Below, in pieces: positions 1 through 10,960 of a stretch of DNA of 64,000 bases. The position numbers and the translations under genes were made by a program. The notes beneath the pieces were generated by a model. The model did not search any database, had not been told where the DNA came from, and worked only from the letters and a program-made list of their open reading frames with translations. How positions within the stretch are numbered: the stretch's first letter is position 1; every line of letters begins with the position of its first letter. The DNA lies in assembly GCF_003018115.1 (NCBI RefSeq), contig NZ_CP027457.1. One strand, given 5' to 3'. This DNA is from Escherichia coli (lineage in GTDB: Bacteria > Pseudomonadota > Gammaproteobacteria > Enterobacterales > Enterobacteriaceae).

Positions 1-234
1 CCCGCTTCGTTGGAGCGTTTGCTAAAATCCACATAACCCAGGGTAAATATCTTTGCCAAAAACTCCAAAAATGCTCTAGGAGAAAGAATATTGCTTCTGC
101 TATTCTGCCCCCCGGCAATTCGGGCAAAATCATTCATTCCCACATACCAGGTATCTAAGGCTTCATTTTTTTGTTTAAAATTGTCGGCTAATGTAATGTG
201 TTGAGAATAATTCAAATCTGATATTTTGCTCATG
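1..234 (-). CDS. yjgL: N-terminal part of a large uncharacterised protein; ORF runs off the window start (5' partial window, gene start at 234)
   Basis: Minus-strand ATG at 232-234 opens a stop-free frame to position 1 (MSKISDLNYSQHITLADNFKQKNEALDTWYVGMNDF...); not in the ORF track because no stop lies in the window; name from synteny next to tabA. Confidence 0.55.
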
Positions 235-355
235 ACGAACTCCTTGAGTTAATAAGAACGTCTAAGCATTACAAATTTTACTCACAAAAAAATATCAAAA
301 AACGCTCTTTTCACAAACTCGCCGTAAACCTGGAGTTATTTACGGCGAAAAGTCA

Positions 356-820
<465 letters not shown>

Positions 821-952
821 TTAATTAAAACAACGTTTCATTTCTATCGTTATACGAAAAGATGATCAATTCCGCTAGCCTTAACGCGTGAATTATTGTC
901 TTATCACAACTTATCGGTAGGCGCGTTCCCGCCTTTCGGATCAAGGCCAGCA

Positions 953-1546
953 TCACTCCTTGAGAATAGTTTTTATCGCTTCCCCCGCCAGTGCAGCTGT
1001 TGCACAGAGTTGTTCGAGGGAGTGCCCCTCTCGTGCCTTCGCAGAAAGCCCTGACATCACGGTACTCATAAAATCAGTCACACATTGTGCGCTTTGTGGA
1101 TGCCGCCTGGCGATATAGTCATAAATGGCCGTTTCTGCGGCGTGATAATATTGAACGGCAATATCACGCGCTTGTGGATCATGACTATGAATGCCTTCAA
1201 GAACCATACAGCCAGCGCAGCCGCCGTTTTGGCTATATCTGCGCGCCGCTTCTTTTAATACCTCAGCCAGGCACTCCCCTACCGGACGATCATCACGAAG
1301 AATATCGGCAAGCGGAATAGCTTCCGTACCGACATATTCATTGAGTACACGGCTAAATAACCCAGCCTTATTGCCAAAAGCCGCGTAGAGGCTCGGGGGG
1401 TTAATACCAAGATAATCAGTAACTTCAGCAACACTGACAGCATCGAAACCTTTTTGGTGAAAAAGCACTTTTGCCGCAGAGACTGCCTGCTCAGGAGCGA
1501 AACGTCTGGGACGACCTGGAACGCGAGATTGTTTTTTAGTGACCAT
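953..1546 (-). CDS. bdcR: TetR-family transcriptional regulator BdcR (YjgJ)
   Basis: 197-aa ORF with N-terminal TetR-type HTH (AAKVLFHQKGFDAVSVAEVTDYLGINPPSLYAAFGNKAGLF); divergent from bdcA. Confidence 0.8.
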   Translation of the reverse strand: MVTKKQSRVPGRPRRFAPEQAVSAAKVLFHQKGFDAVSVAEVTDYLGINPPSLYAAFGNKAGLFSRVLNEYVGTEAIPLADILRDDRPVGECLAEVLKEAARRYSQNGGCAGCMVLEGIHSHDPQARDIAVQYYHAAETAIYDYIARRHPQSAQCVTDFMSTVMSGLSAKAREGHSLEQLCATAALAGEAIKTILKE

Positions 1547-1616
1547 TACAAAACTTGTTGACAGAAAGTTAAAACAGTTTTGTAATGCATGTTACATAAT
1601 AAATCAAGGAGTCCTT

Positions 1617-2330
1617 ATGGGCGCTTTTACAGGTAAGACAGTTCTCATCCTCGGTGGTAGCCGTGGAATCGGTGCCGCTATCGTACGTCGTTTCGTCACC
1701 GATGGGGCCAATGTACGATTCACCTATGCGGGGTCGAAAGATGCCGCTGAACGCCTGGCACAAGAGACTGGAGCGACAGCAGTATTCACAGATAGTGCTG
1801 ACAGAGACGCTGTTATTGATGTCGTTCGTAAGAGCGGCGCATTGGATATCCTGGTGGTAAATGCAGGTATTGGCGTCTTTGGCGATGCCCTGGAATTAAA
1901 TGCCGACGATATTGATCGCCTTTTCAAAATCAATATTCATGCTCCTTACCATGCCTCTGTTGAAGCCGCCCGGCAGATGCCCGAAGGCGGGCGCATCTTA
2001 ATCATCGGCTCCGTGAATGGCGATCGTATGCCTGTTGCAGGCATGGCTGCTTATGCCGCCAGTAAATCTGCCCTGCAAGGCATGGCGCGCGGGCTGGCCC
2101 GTGATTTCGGACCGCGTGGGATCACCATCAACGTCGTCCAGCCAGGGCCAATTGATACCGACGCTAATCCCGCCAACGGGCCAATGCGCGATATGTTGCA
2201 TGGTTTTATGGCCATCAAAAGACATGGGCAACCGGAAGAGGTCGCTGGTATGGTCGCATGGTTAGCAGGGCCAGAAGCCAGTTTTGTTACCGGCGCGATG
2301 CATACCATTGATGGCGCGTTTGGCGCATAA
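1617..2330 (+). CDS. bdcA: short-chain dehydrogenase/reductase BdcA (YjgI), c-di-GMP binding
   Basis: ORF track 1539..2330; Rossmann motif GKTVLILGGSRGIGAAI directly after the ATG at 1617 gives 237 aa. Confidence 0.85.
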   Translation: MGAFTGKTVLILGGSRGIGAAIVRRFVTDGANVRFTYAGSKDAAERLAQETGATAVFTDSADRDAVIDVVRKSGALDILVVNAGIGVFGDALELNADDIDRLFKINIHAPYHASVEAARQMPEGGRILIIGSVNGDRMPVAGMAAYAASKSALQGMARGLARDFGPRGITINVVQPGPIDTDANPANGPMRDMLHGFMAIKRHGQPEEVAGMVAWLAGPEASFVTGAMHTIDGAFGA

Positions 2331-2460
2331 CCGACTACGCTCAATTAAGCCCAGCCATTTCCCATGATGTCTGGGTTTTGTTTACTCACGTCGTCCGCTA
2401 AAAGCGGCTCCTGGTAAATATAAATCTTCTGTTCATGTCGTAAATCTTGAGGATAACCAA

Positions 2461-2856
2461 ATGGTAGAAAGAACCGCTGTTTTCCCTGCTGGCCGACATT
2501 CACTGTATGCTGAACATCGTTATTCTGCGGCTATTCGTTCCGGCGATTTGCTGTTTGTTTCCGGGCAAGTAGGAAGTCGAGAGGACGGAACACCAGAACC
2601 CGATTTTCAGCAACAAGTCAGACTGGCCTTTGATAATTTGCATGCGACCCTGGCAGCTGCGGGATGCACTTTTGACGATATCATTGATGTTACGAGCTTT
2701 CATACCGATCCAGAAAAACAATTTGAAGACATCATGACGGTGAAAAATGAAATATTTAGCGCGCCACCTTATCCAACCTGGACGGCGGTGGGCGTTACAT
2801 GGCTGGCAGGCTTTGATTTTGAAATTAAAGTGATAGCGCGCATCCCTGAGCTGTAA
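2461..2856 (+). CDS. yjgH: RidA/YjgF-family (RutC-like) protein YjgH
   Basis: 131-aa ORF, recognised sequence; synteny upstream of pyrL. Confidence 0.8.
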   Translation: MVERTAVFPAGRHSLYAEHRYSAAIRSGDLLFVSGQVGSREDGTPEPDFQQQVRLAFDNLHATLAAAGCTFDDIIDVTSFHTDPEKQFEDIMTVKNEIFSAPPYPTWTAVGVTWLAGFDFEIKVIARIPEL

Positions 2857-3136
2857 GCAATAGTGTTAGCCGTTCGTTTTCACACTCCGCCCTATAAGTC
2901 GGATGAATGGAATAAAATGCATATCTGATTGCGTGAAAGTGAAAAAGAAAAAAGCAGGAAATGTCTGCAATTATTGATACCGAACGACAGTTCCCCTCCA
3001 GAATCACAGTAAATAAAAATGCATATATTTTGACTTTAAATTCAAATAAACCGTTTGCGCTGACAAAATATTGCATCAATTGCTTGCACCGCTTCTGACG
3101 ATGAGTATAATGCCGGACAATTTGACGGGAGGATGT

Positions 3137-3271
3137 ATGGTTCAGTGTGTTCGACATTTTGTCTTACCGCGTCTGAAAAAAGACGCTGGCCTGCCGTTTT
3201 TCTTCCCGTTGATCACCCATTCCCAGCCCCTCAATCGAGGGGCTTTTTTTTGCCCAGGCGTCAGGAGATAA
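3137..3271 (+). CDS. pyrL: pyrBI operon leader peptide
   Basis: 44-aa ORF MVQCVRHFVLPRLKKDAGLPFFFPLITHSQPLNRGAFFCPGVRR ending 4 nt before pyrB and overlapping the attenuator hairpin. Confidence 0.8.
   Translation: MVQCVRHFVLPRLKKDAGLPFFFPLITHSQPLNRGAFFCPGVRR
3226..3252 (+). terminator. pyrBI attenuator (rho-independent terminator within pyrL)
   Basis: GC hairpin GCCCCTCAATCGAGGGGC followed by a run of 8 T, about 25 nt upstream of pyrB. Confidence 0.75.
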
Positions 3272-3274
3272 AAG

Positions 3275-4210
3275 ATGGCTAATCCGCTATATCAGAAACA
3301 TATCATTTCCATAAACGACCTTAGTCGCGATGACCTTAATCTGGTGCTGGCAACAGCGGCAAAACTGAAAGCAAACCCGCAACCAGAGCTGTTGAAGCAC
3401 AAAGTCATTGCCAGCTGCTTCTTCGAAGCCTCTACCCGTACCCGCCTCTCTTTCGAAACTTCCATGCACCGCCTGGGTGCCAGCGTGGTGGGCTTCTCCG
3501 ACAGCGCCAATACATCACTGGGTAAAAAGGGCGAAACGCTGGCCGATACCATTTCGGTTATCAGCACTTACGTCGATGCGATAGTGATGCGTCATCCGCA
3601 GGAAGGTGCGGCGCGCCTGGCCACCGAGTTTTCCGGCAATGTACCGGTACTGAATGCCGGTGATGGCTCCAACCAACATCCGACGCAAACCTTGCTGGAC
3701 TTATTCACTATTCAGGAAACCCAGGGGCGTCTGGACAATCTCCACGTCGCAATGGTTGGTGACCTGAAATATGGCCGCACCGTTCACTCCCTGACTCAGG
3801 CGTTAGCGAAGTTCGACGGCAACCGTTTTTACTTCATCGCGCCGGACGCGCTGGCAATGCCGCAATACATTCTGGATATGCTCGATGAAAAAGGGATCGC
3901 ATGGAGTCTGCACAGCTCTATTGAAGAAGTGATGGCGGAAGTAGACATCCTGTACATGACCCGCGTGCAAAAAGAGCGTCTGGACCCGTCCGAGTACGCC
4001 AACGTGAAAGCGCAGTTTGTTCTTCGCGCCAGCGATCTCCACAACGCCAAAGCCAATATGAAAGTACTGCATCCGCTGCCGCGTGTTGATGAAATTGCGA
4101 CGGATGTTGATAAAACGCCACACGCCTGGTACTTCCAGCAGGCAGGCAACGGGATTTTCGCTCGCCAGGCGTTACTGGCACTGGTTCTGAATCGCGATCT
4201 GGTACTGTAA
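3275..4210 (+). CDS. pyrB: aspartate carbamoyltransferase catalytic subunit
   Basis: 311-aa ORF with STRTR and HPxQ motifs; recognised sequence. Confidence 0.95.
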
Positions 4211-4222
4211 GGGGAAATAGAG

Positions 4223-4684
4223 ATGACACACGATAATAAATTGCAGGTTGAAGCTATTAAACGCGGCACGGTAATTGACCATATCCCCGCCCAGATCGGT
4301 TTTAAGCTGTTGAGTCTGTTCAAGCTGACCGAAACGGATCAGCGCATCACCATCGGTCTGAACTTGCCTTCTGGCGAGATGGGCCGCAAAGATCTGATCA
4401 AAATCGAAAATACCTTTTTGAGTGAAGACCAGGTAGATCAACTGGCATTGTATGCGCCGCAAGCCACGGTTAACCGTATCGACAACTATGAAGTGGTGGG
4501 TAAATCGCGCCCAAGTCTGCCGGAGCGCATCGACAATGTGCTGGTCTGCCCGAACAGCAACTGTATCAGCCATGCCGAACCGGTTTCTTCCAGCTTTGCC
4601 GTGCGAAAACGCGCCAATGACATCGCGCTCAAATGCAAATACTGTGAAAAAGAGTTTTCTCATAATGTGGTGCTGGCCAATTAA
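4223..4684 (+). CDS. pyrI: aspartate carbamoyltransferase regulatory subunit
   Basis: 153-aa ORF with C-terminal Zn-binding cysteines (CPNSNC...CKYC); immediately downstream of pyrB. Confidence 0.95.
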
Positions 4685-4756
4685 TTGCGGTTGGTAATAA
4701 AAGTCTGGCTCCCTATAATGAGCCAGACTTTTTACCGCTGTAATAAAGGAGAAATC

Positions 4757-5143
4757 ATGAGCAAAACTATCGCGACGGAAAATGCACCGGCAGCTATCGG
4801 CCCTTACGTACAGGGCGTTGATCTGGGCAATATGATCATCACCTCCGGTCAGATCCCGGTAAATCCGAAAACGGGCGAAGTACCGGCAGACGTCGCTGCA
4901 CAGGCACGTCAGTCGCTGGATAACGTAAAAGCGATCGTCGAAGCCGCTGGTCTGAAAGTGGGCGACATCGTTAAAACTACCGTGTTTGTAAAAGATCTGA
5001 ACGACTTCGCAACCGTTAATGCTACCTACGAAGCCTTCTTCACCGAACACAACGCCACCTTCCCGGCACGTTCTTGCGTTGAAGTTGCCCGTCTGCCGAA
5101 AGACGTGAAGATTGAGATCGAAGCGATCGCTGTTCGTCGCTAA
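4757..5143 (+). CDS. ridA: enamine/imine deaminase RidA (YjgF)
   Basis: ORF track 4685..5143; true start MSKTIATENAPAAIGPYVQG gives 128 aa. Confidence 0.9.
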   Translation: MSKTIATENAPAAIGPYVQGVDLGNMIITSGQIPVNPKTGEVPADVAAQARQSLDNVKAIVEAAGLKVGDIVKTTVFVKDLNDFATVNATYEAFFTEHNATFPARSCVEVARLPKDVKIEIEAIAVRR

Positions 5144-5200
5144 TCTTGATGGAAATCCGGGCTATCATGCCCGGATTAAGTCTGATGACAAACGCAAAAT

Positions 5201-5292
5201 CGCCTGATGCGCTACGCTTATCAGGCCTACGTGATTCCTGCAATTTATTGAATTTGTAGACCGGATTAGGCTTTTACGCCGCATCCGGCATG
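5201..5292. repeat. REP/BIME cluster (two inverted REP units)
   Basis: GCCTGATGCGCTACGCTTATCAGGCCTAC and CCGGATTAGGC...GCCGCATCCGGCA palindromic units between convergent ridA and mgtA. Confidence 0.7.
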
Positions 5293-5348
5293 AACAAAAC
5301 TCACTTTGTCTGCAATCTGAATCCGGGCCACCATGCCCAGTTTATTCT

Positions 5349-8045
5349 TTACTGCCAGCCGTAACGACGGCTATAGAACCCTTTCACCAACTGGGTTAAT
5401 GTCATATACCCTGCCAGAATCGCAACCAGCCACGGGAAATAGCTTAACGGCAACGCCTGTAATTGCAGATAACTGGCCAGCGGTGAAAACGGCAATGCGA
5501 TCCCGACAATCATCACGATCACGGTCATGATCATTAACGGCCACGATGCACAGCTCTGAATAAACGGCACACGGCGGGTGCGGATCATATGCACAATCAG
5601 CGTTTGCGACAGTAAGCCCACCACAAACCATCCCGACTGGAACAGCGTTTGCGTTTCCGGCGTGTTGGCATGGAATACCCACCACATCAGGCAAAACGTC
5701 AAAATATCGAAGATCGAGCTGATCGGTCCGAAGAAGATCATAAAGCGCCCCAGATCCGCCGGATTCCAACGCTGCGGCTTTTGAATTTGCTCGTCGTCGA
5801 CGTTATCAAACGGGATCGCCACCTGTGACACATCGTACAGCAGGTTCTGAATAAGCAAGTGTAACGGCAACATCGGTAGGAAGGGCAAGAAAGCACTCGC
5901 TACCAGCACGCTGAACACATTACCGAAGTTAGAGCTCGCCGTCATTTTGATGTATTTCAGCATGTTGGCGAAAGTGCGACGTCCCTCAATAACCCCCTCT
6001 TCCAGCACCATCAGGCTTTTTTCCAGCAGGATGATATCAGCCGCTTCACGGGCAATATCTACCGCGCCGTCCACAGAAATGCCGATATCCGCAGCGCGTA
6101 AGGCGGGCGCATCATTAATACCATCGCCCATAAAGCCAACCACATGCCCTTCGCGCTTCAGTAAGGTCACAATGCGTTCTTTATGCATCGGCGTCAGGCG
6201 GGCAAACAGCGTGGTGCGCTGTGCAAGATTTGCCAGTTCGTCGTCAGATAGCGTTTCAATATCACTACCAATGACCACCTCTCCCGCGTCCAGCCCCACT
6301 TCATGGCACACTTTCGCTGCAACTAACTCACTGTCGCCAGTAAGGATTTTTACGGTAATTCCACTCGCTTTTAATGCCTTCAGTGCCGGAGCGGTTGTCT
6401 CTTTTGGCGGATCAAGGAAAGCAATATATCCTTCGAGGATCAGGTCGGATTCATCCGCCCGCTGGTAATCTCCTTCACGCGCTGGCAGGTATTTCGTCGC
6501 CACCGCAACCACGCGCAGCCCCTGACGATTCAGCGTATCAGTAACCCGCTTAATCTTACGCAGCATGATGTCATCGAGCGGCACAATCTCGCCATTGTGA
6601 CGCACCTGCGAACACACATTGAGGATTTCCTGCAATGCACCTTTGCAAACCAGCTGATGGTGCTCGGTATTTTCTGCCACTACCACCGACATCCGGCGAC
6701 GCTCGAAATCAAACGGAATCTCATCGATTTTTTGCCAACGACTGGCCAGCGAGCGCGCTGACTCTTCATCCGTACCTTCGAGCACCGCTGTATCGAGCAG
6801 GTTTTTAAGTCCGGTCTGATAATGACTGTTCAACCACGCGCTATGCAGCACGCGTTCGCTGGTTTTACCGGAGATATCGGTATGATTCTCCAGCACAATT
6901 TTATCCTGTGTCAGGGTGCCGGTTTTATCAGTGCACAGAATATCCATTGCGCCAAAGTTCTGAATGGCATCCAGATGTTTGACGATCACTTTCTGTTTCG
7001 ACAGCTTTACTGCGCCGCGCGCCAGCGTCGAGGTAACAATCATCGGCAACATTTCCGGCGTTAGGCCTACCGCGACCGAAAGCGCAAACAGCGCCGCTTC
7101 CCACCAGTCGCCTTTGGTGTAGCCATTGATTAACAGCACCACCGGTGCCATCACCAGCATAAAGCGAATCAGCAGCATACTGACGCGGCTGATCCCTTGC
7201 TGAAAGGCATTCGGCTCGCTTTCCTGCTCACTAACACGCCCCGCCAGTTGACCAAACCAGGTATTGGCACCTGTAGCAATCACCATTGCTTGTGCCGTGC
7301 CGCTCACCACGGTGGTGCCCATAAAACACAGCGTGTCGCACTCCAGCGGATTGCTGTGCTCCGGCTGGCGAGTGGTAGCGGCTTTTTCCACGGGCAGAGA
7401 CTCACCGGTTAACGACGCCTGAGCGACGAACAGATCCCGCGCCTGCAAGATACGTAAATCTGCCGGGATCATATCTCCCGCCGCCAGTTTTATAATATCG
7501 CCGGGCACCAGCTGGTCGATCGGGATCTCCAGCCAGCCATTTTCGCCTTTGTCGTTAATTACGCGCAGCACCGTCGCGGTATTGCTGACCATCGCTTTCA
7601 GGGCATCTGCCGCTTTAGTGGAACGTGCTTCCTGAATAAAGTTCAGCAACGTAGAAATAGCGACCATTAGCGCGATAACGCCCGCAGCAAATAAATCTTC
7701 CGTGGCGTAAGAAATAGCGCCGAGAATGGTGAGTAAAATATTAAAGGGGTTGCGATAGCAGACCCATAAATGTACCCACCACGGCGACGGTTGTTGTGCG
7801 GGTAATTTATTTTCACCATGTTGTTCGCGGGCAGATTCCACTTCCGCCTGATTTAACCCTTCCGGATGGGTGTCGAACGTTTTCCACAATTCTTCTTCGG
7901 GCATCACCGCCATTTTCAGGCAATGCGCACTTAAGGACGGCGGGACCACCGTATTCACTGTCTGCTGCGCGCCAGGCAATGGATCACGATGAACCAGACG
8001 GGAAGGTAAATGGCGAATGAGCCGGGTAAAAATTTCTTTAAACAT
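5349..8045 (-). CDS. mgtA: Mg2+-importing P-type ATPase
   Basis: 898-aa ORF with P-type ATPase motifs (DKTGTLT, TGDS, GDGINDAPAL). Confidence 0.95.
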   Translation of the reverse strand: MFKEIFTRLIRHLPSRLVHRDPLPGAQQTVNTVVPPSLSAHCLKMAVMPEEELWKTFDTHPEGLNQAEVESAREQHGENKLPAQQPSPWWVHLWVCYRNPFNILLTILGAISYATEDLFAAGVIALMVAISTLLNFIQEARSTKAADALKAMVSNTATVLRVINDKGENGWLEIPIDQLVPGDIIKLAAGDMIPADLRILQARDLFVAQASLTGESLPVEKAATTRQPEHSNPLECDTLCFMGTTVVSGTAQAMVIATGANTWFGQLAGRVSEQESEPNAFQQGISRVSMLLIRFMLVMAPVVLLINGYTKGDWWEAALFALSVAVGLTPEMLPMIVTSTLARGAVKLSKQKVIVKHLDAIQNFGAMDILCTDKTGTLTQDKIVLENHTDISGKTSERVLHSAWLNSHYQTGLKNLLDTAVLEGTDEESARSLASRWQKIDEIPFDFERRRMSVVVAENTEHHQLVCKGALQEILNVCSQVRHNGEIVPLDDIMLRKIKRVTDTLNRQGLRVVAVATKYLPAREGDYQRADESDLILEGYIAFLDPPKETTAPALKALKASGITVKILTGDSELVAAKVCHEVGLDAGEVVIGSDIETLSDDELANLAQRTTLFARLTPMHKERIVTLLKREGHVVGFMGDGINDAPALRAADIGISVDGAVDIAREAADIILLEKSLMVLEEGVIEGRRTFANMLKYIKMTASSNFGNVFSVLVASAFLPFLPMLPLHLLIQNLLYDVSQVAIPFDNVDDEQIQKPQRWNPADLGRFMIFFGPISSIFDILTFCLMWWVFHANTPETQTLFQSGWFVVGLLSQTLIVHMIRTRRVPFIQSCASWPLMIMTVIVMIVGIALPFSPLASYLQLQALPLSYFPWLVAILAGYMTLTQLVKGFYSRRYGWQ

Positions 8046-8185
8046 AAGGAGTCCCTCCGCACTGTCTGAAACAGTACAGAAATGTCTTCAGGCGTGGCGA
8101 AGCCTTACCTGAAGGTAATAAAGCTGAGCAGGGACGTTAAAACGTCACGGCCTTACGCATCCGGTAACGCCGTGAAAAGACGGGC
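8046..8185 (-). promoter_or_regulatory. mgtA 5' leader segment between mgtL and mgtA (Mg2+/proline-responsive attenuation region)
   Basis: Untranslated stretch between the mgtL stop and the mgtA start; assignment from established knowledge of the mgtA leader. Confidence 0.5.
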
Positions 8186-8239
8186 TTACCGGAAAAGTTT
8201 TAATCTCCGTCGAGGGAGAGGCGTGGGATCAGGTTCCAT
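8186..8239 (-). CDS. mgtL: mgtA leader peptide (proline-rich)
   Basis: 17-codon [20 protein letters not shown] about 140 nt upstream of mgtA on the same strand; it is the 3' end of a longer spurious track ORF. Confidence 0.7.
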
Positions 8240-8423
8240 ATAACCTCCGGTAAGTGAAAAAAGCGCCGCAAATAATAAGGAGAATCCAATAATATTCGTA
8301 GCATCTATGGCGATATAATACCTGCTGGCAACTAAACCAACGATAAACCAGACTTTACCCATTGCTGAATGCACGGGTAAAGTTAGGCTCAAATAATTAA
8401 ACAACACGTTACGGGACAACAGG

Positions 8424-9371
8424 ATGCAAAATCGGCTGACCATCAAAGACATCGCGCGCTTAAGCGGCGTGGGGAAATCTACGGTTTCCCGGGTGCTGAA
8501 TAACGAAAGCGGCGTGAGCCAGCGTACGCGCGAGCGTGTTGAAGCAGTGATGAATCAGCATGGATTTTCCCCTTCCCGTTCTGCACGCGCTATGCGTGGG
8601 CAAAGCGATAAAGTGGTCGCCATCATTGTCACCCGTCTGGATTCGTTGTCAGAAAATCTCGCCGTTCAAACCATGCTGCCAGCGTTCTATGAACAAGGTT
8701 ACGATCCAATCATGATGGAAAGTCAGTTTTCCCCGCAATTAGTTGCCGAACATTTGGGGGTGCTGAAACGGCGTAATATCGACGGCGTAGTGCTGTTCGG
8801 TTTTACCGGCATAACAGAAGAAATGTTAGCCCACTGGCAGTCATCGCTGGTTCTGCTGGCGCGTGACGCAAAAGGCTTTGCTTCGGTCTGTTATGACGAC
8901 GAAGGGGCAATCAAGATCCTGATGCAACGGCTGTATGACCAGGGGCATCGTAATATCAGTTATCTCGGCGTGCCGCACAGTGACGTGACGACCGGTAAGC
9001 GACGTCACGAAGCCTACCTGGCGTTCTGCAAAGCGCATAAACTGCATCCCGTTGCCGCTCTGCCAGGGCTTGCTATGAAGCAAGGCTATGAGAACGTGGC
9101 AAAAGTGATTACGCCTGAAACTACTGCGTTACTGTGCGCAACCGACACGCTGGCACTTGGCGCAAGTAAATACCTGCAAGAGCAACGCATCGACACCTTG
9201 CAACTGGCGAGCGTCGGTAATACACCGTTAATGAAATTCCTCCATCCGGAGATCGTCACCGTAGATCCCGGTTACGCCGAAGCTGGACGCCAGGCGGCCT
9301 GCCAGTTGATCGCACAGGTAACCGGGCGCAGCGAACCGCAACAAATCATCATCCCCGCCACCCTGTCCTGA
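8424..9371 (+). CDS. treR: trehalose operon repressor (LacI family)
   Basis: 315-aa ORF with N-terminal LacI-type HTH (TIKDIARLSGVGKSTVSRVLN). Confidence 0.9.
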   Translation: MQNRLTIKDIARLSGVGKSTVSRVLNNESGVSQRTRERVEAVMNQHGFSPSRSARAMRGQSDKVVAIIVTRLDSLSENLAVQTMLPAFYEQGYDPIMMESQFSPQLVAEHLGVLKRRNIDGVVLFGFTGITEEMLAHWQSSLVLLARDAKGFASVCYDDEGAIKILMQRLYDQGHRNISYLGVPHSDVTTGKRRHEAYLAFCKAHKLHPVAALPGLAMKQGYENVAKVITPETTALLCATDTLALGASKYLQEQRIDTLQLASVGNTPLMKFLHPEIVTVDPGYAEAGRQAACQLIAQVTGRSEPQQIIIPATLS

Positions 9372-9410
9372 TCGTTTCCTGAACGATAAATTGTGATCTT
9401 CGCTGCGTTT

Positions 9411-9424
9411 CGGGAACGTTCCCG
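9411..9424. promoter_or_regulatory. perfect palindrome CGGGAACGTTCCCG, candidate TreR operator upstream of treB
   Basis: 14-bp perfect inverted repeat about 65 bp upstream of the treB start; LacI-family operators are palindromic. Confidence 0.4.
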
Positions 9425-9489
9425 TTTTTAAATTTTTCCGCGCAATATATTCTGCAGCCAACCAAAAATGTCATCTGCCATGGGGCTTT

Positions 9490-10911
9490 ATGATGAGCAA
9501 AATAAACCAAACGGATATCGATCGGTTGATTGAACTGGTCGGCGGGCGCGGCAATATTGCGACGGTGAGCCACTGTATTACTCGCCTGCGCTTTGTCCTC
9601 AACCAACCGGCCAATGCCAGACCGAAAGAAATTGAGCAACTCCCCATGGTGAAAGGCTGTTTCACCAATGCCGGGCAATTTCAGGTGGTGATTGGCACCA
9701 ACGTGGGTGATTACTATCAAGCACTGATAGCGTCAACCGGACAGGCGCAGGTTGATAAAGAGCAGGTAAAAAAAGCCGCCCGGCAGAATATGAAATGGCA
9801 TGAGCAGTTGATCTCTCATTTCGCGGAGATCTTCTTCCCGTTGCTGCCCGCGTTGATCAGCGGCGGTTTGATCCTCGGTTTTCGCAATGTGATCGGCGAT
9901 TTGCCCATGAGCAACGGTCAAACGCTGGCGCAAATGTATCCTTCCCTGCAAACGATCTACGATTTTCTGTGGTTGATCGGTGAAGCGATCTTCTTCTACC
10001 TGCCGGTCGGGATTTGCTGGTCAGCGGTGAAAAAAATGGGCGGCACGCCGATCCTTGGTATCGTACTTGGCGTAACGCTGGTTTCTCCACAGCTGATGAA
10101 CGCTTATCTGCTCGGACAGCAGCTGCCGGAAGTGTGGGACTTTGGCATGTTCAGCATCGCCAAAGTGGGCTATCAGGCGCAGGTGATCCCGGCACTATTA
10201 GCCGGGCTGGCGCTGGGCGTTATTGAAACTCGCCTTAAACGCATCGTGCCAGATTACCTCTATCTGGTGGTGGTGCCAGTCTGTTCGCTGATCCTCGCGG
10301 TGTTCCTCGCCCATGCGCTGATTGGTCCGTTTGGTCGCATGATTGGCGATGGCGTTGCCTTTGCGGTACGTCACCTGATGACCGGCAGCTTTGCTCCGAT
10401 TGGCGCGGCATTGTTTGGCTTCCTGTACGCCCCGCTGGTGATCACCGGGGTACACCAGACCACGCTTGCTATTGATTTGCAGATGATTCAAAGCATGGGT
10501 GGTACGCCAGTGTGGCCGCTGATTGCGCTGTCGAATATCGCTCAGGGCTCCGCCGTGATAGGCATTATCATTTCCAGCCGCAAGCACAATGAACGCGAGA
10601 TCTCCGTGCCTGCGGCGATCTCCGCCTGGCTTGGGGTCACTGAGCCTGCAATGTACGGCATCAACCTGAAATATCGCTTCCCGATGCTGTGCGCGATGAT
10701 TGGTTCTGGTCTGGCAGGATTGCTATGCGGCCTGAACGGCGTTATGGCGAATGGCATCGGCGTAGGCGGCCTGCCGGGAATTCTCTCGATTCAACCGAGC
10801 TACTGGCAGGTGTTTGCGCTGGCAATGGCTATCGCCATCATCATCCCGATTGTACTCACCTCGTTTATCTACCAGCGGAAATACCGCCTGGGCACGCTGG
10901 ACATTGTTTAA
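9490..10911 (+). CDS. treB: PTS trehalose-specific EIIBC component
   Basis: 473-aa ORF with N-terminal EIIB cysteine motif (VSHCITRLRF) and a multi-span membrane domain. Confidence 0.95.
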   Translation: MMSKINQTDIDRLIELVGGRGNIATVSHCITRLRFVLNQPANARPKEIEQLPMVKGCFTNAGQFQVVIGTNVGDYYQALIASTGQAQVDKEQVKKAARQNMKWHEQLISHFAEIFFPLLPALISGGLILGFRNVIGDLPMSNGQTLAQMYPSLQTIYDFLWLIGEAIFFYLPVGICWSAVKKMGGTPILGIVLGVTLVSPQLMNAYLLGQQLPEVWDFGMFSIAKVGYQAQVIPALLAGLALGVIETRLKRIVPDYLYLVVVPVCSLILAVFLAHALIGPFGRMIGDGVAFAVRHLMTGSFAPIGAALFGFLYAPLVITGVHQTTLAIDLQMIQSMGGTPVWPLIALSNIAQGSAVIGIIISSRKHNEREISVPAAISAWLGVTEPAMYGINLKYRFPMLCAMIGSGLAGLLCGLNGVMANGIGVGGLPGILSIQPSYWQVFALAMAIAIIIPIVLTSFIYQRKYRLGTLDIV

Positions 10912-10960
10912 TTTTCTTCGGGGCGCAATTGCGCCCCCTCGCATTTGCAGGAATAACGTA

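Noticed and set aside
1539-1616. N-terminal extensions of track ORFs (for example bdcA 1539 against 1617, and likewise fbp, treC, ridA, msrA, fklB, ulaA, ulaD)
   Set aside because: The track reports the longest frame, including GTG/TTG starts; conserved N-termini and RBS positions favour the internal starts used in the feature table
4172-5050. 292-aa minus-strand ORF spanning pyrI, the intergenic gap and ridA
   Set aside because: Antisense to two well-supported genes and crosses their intergenic region; shadow ORF
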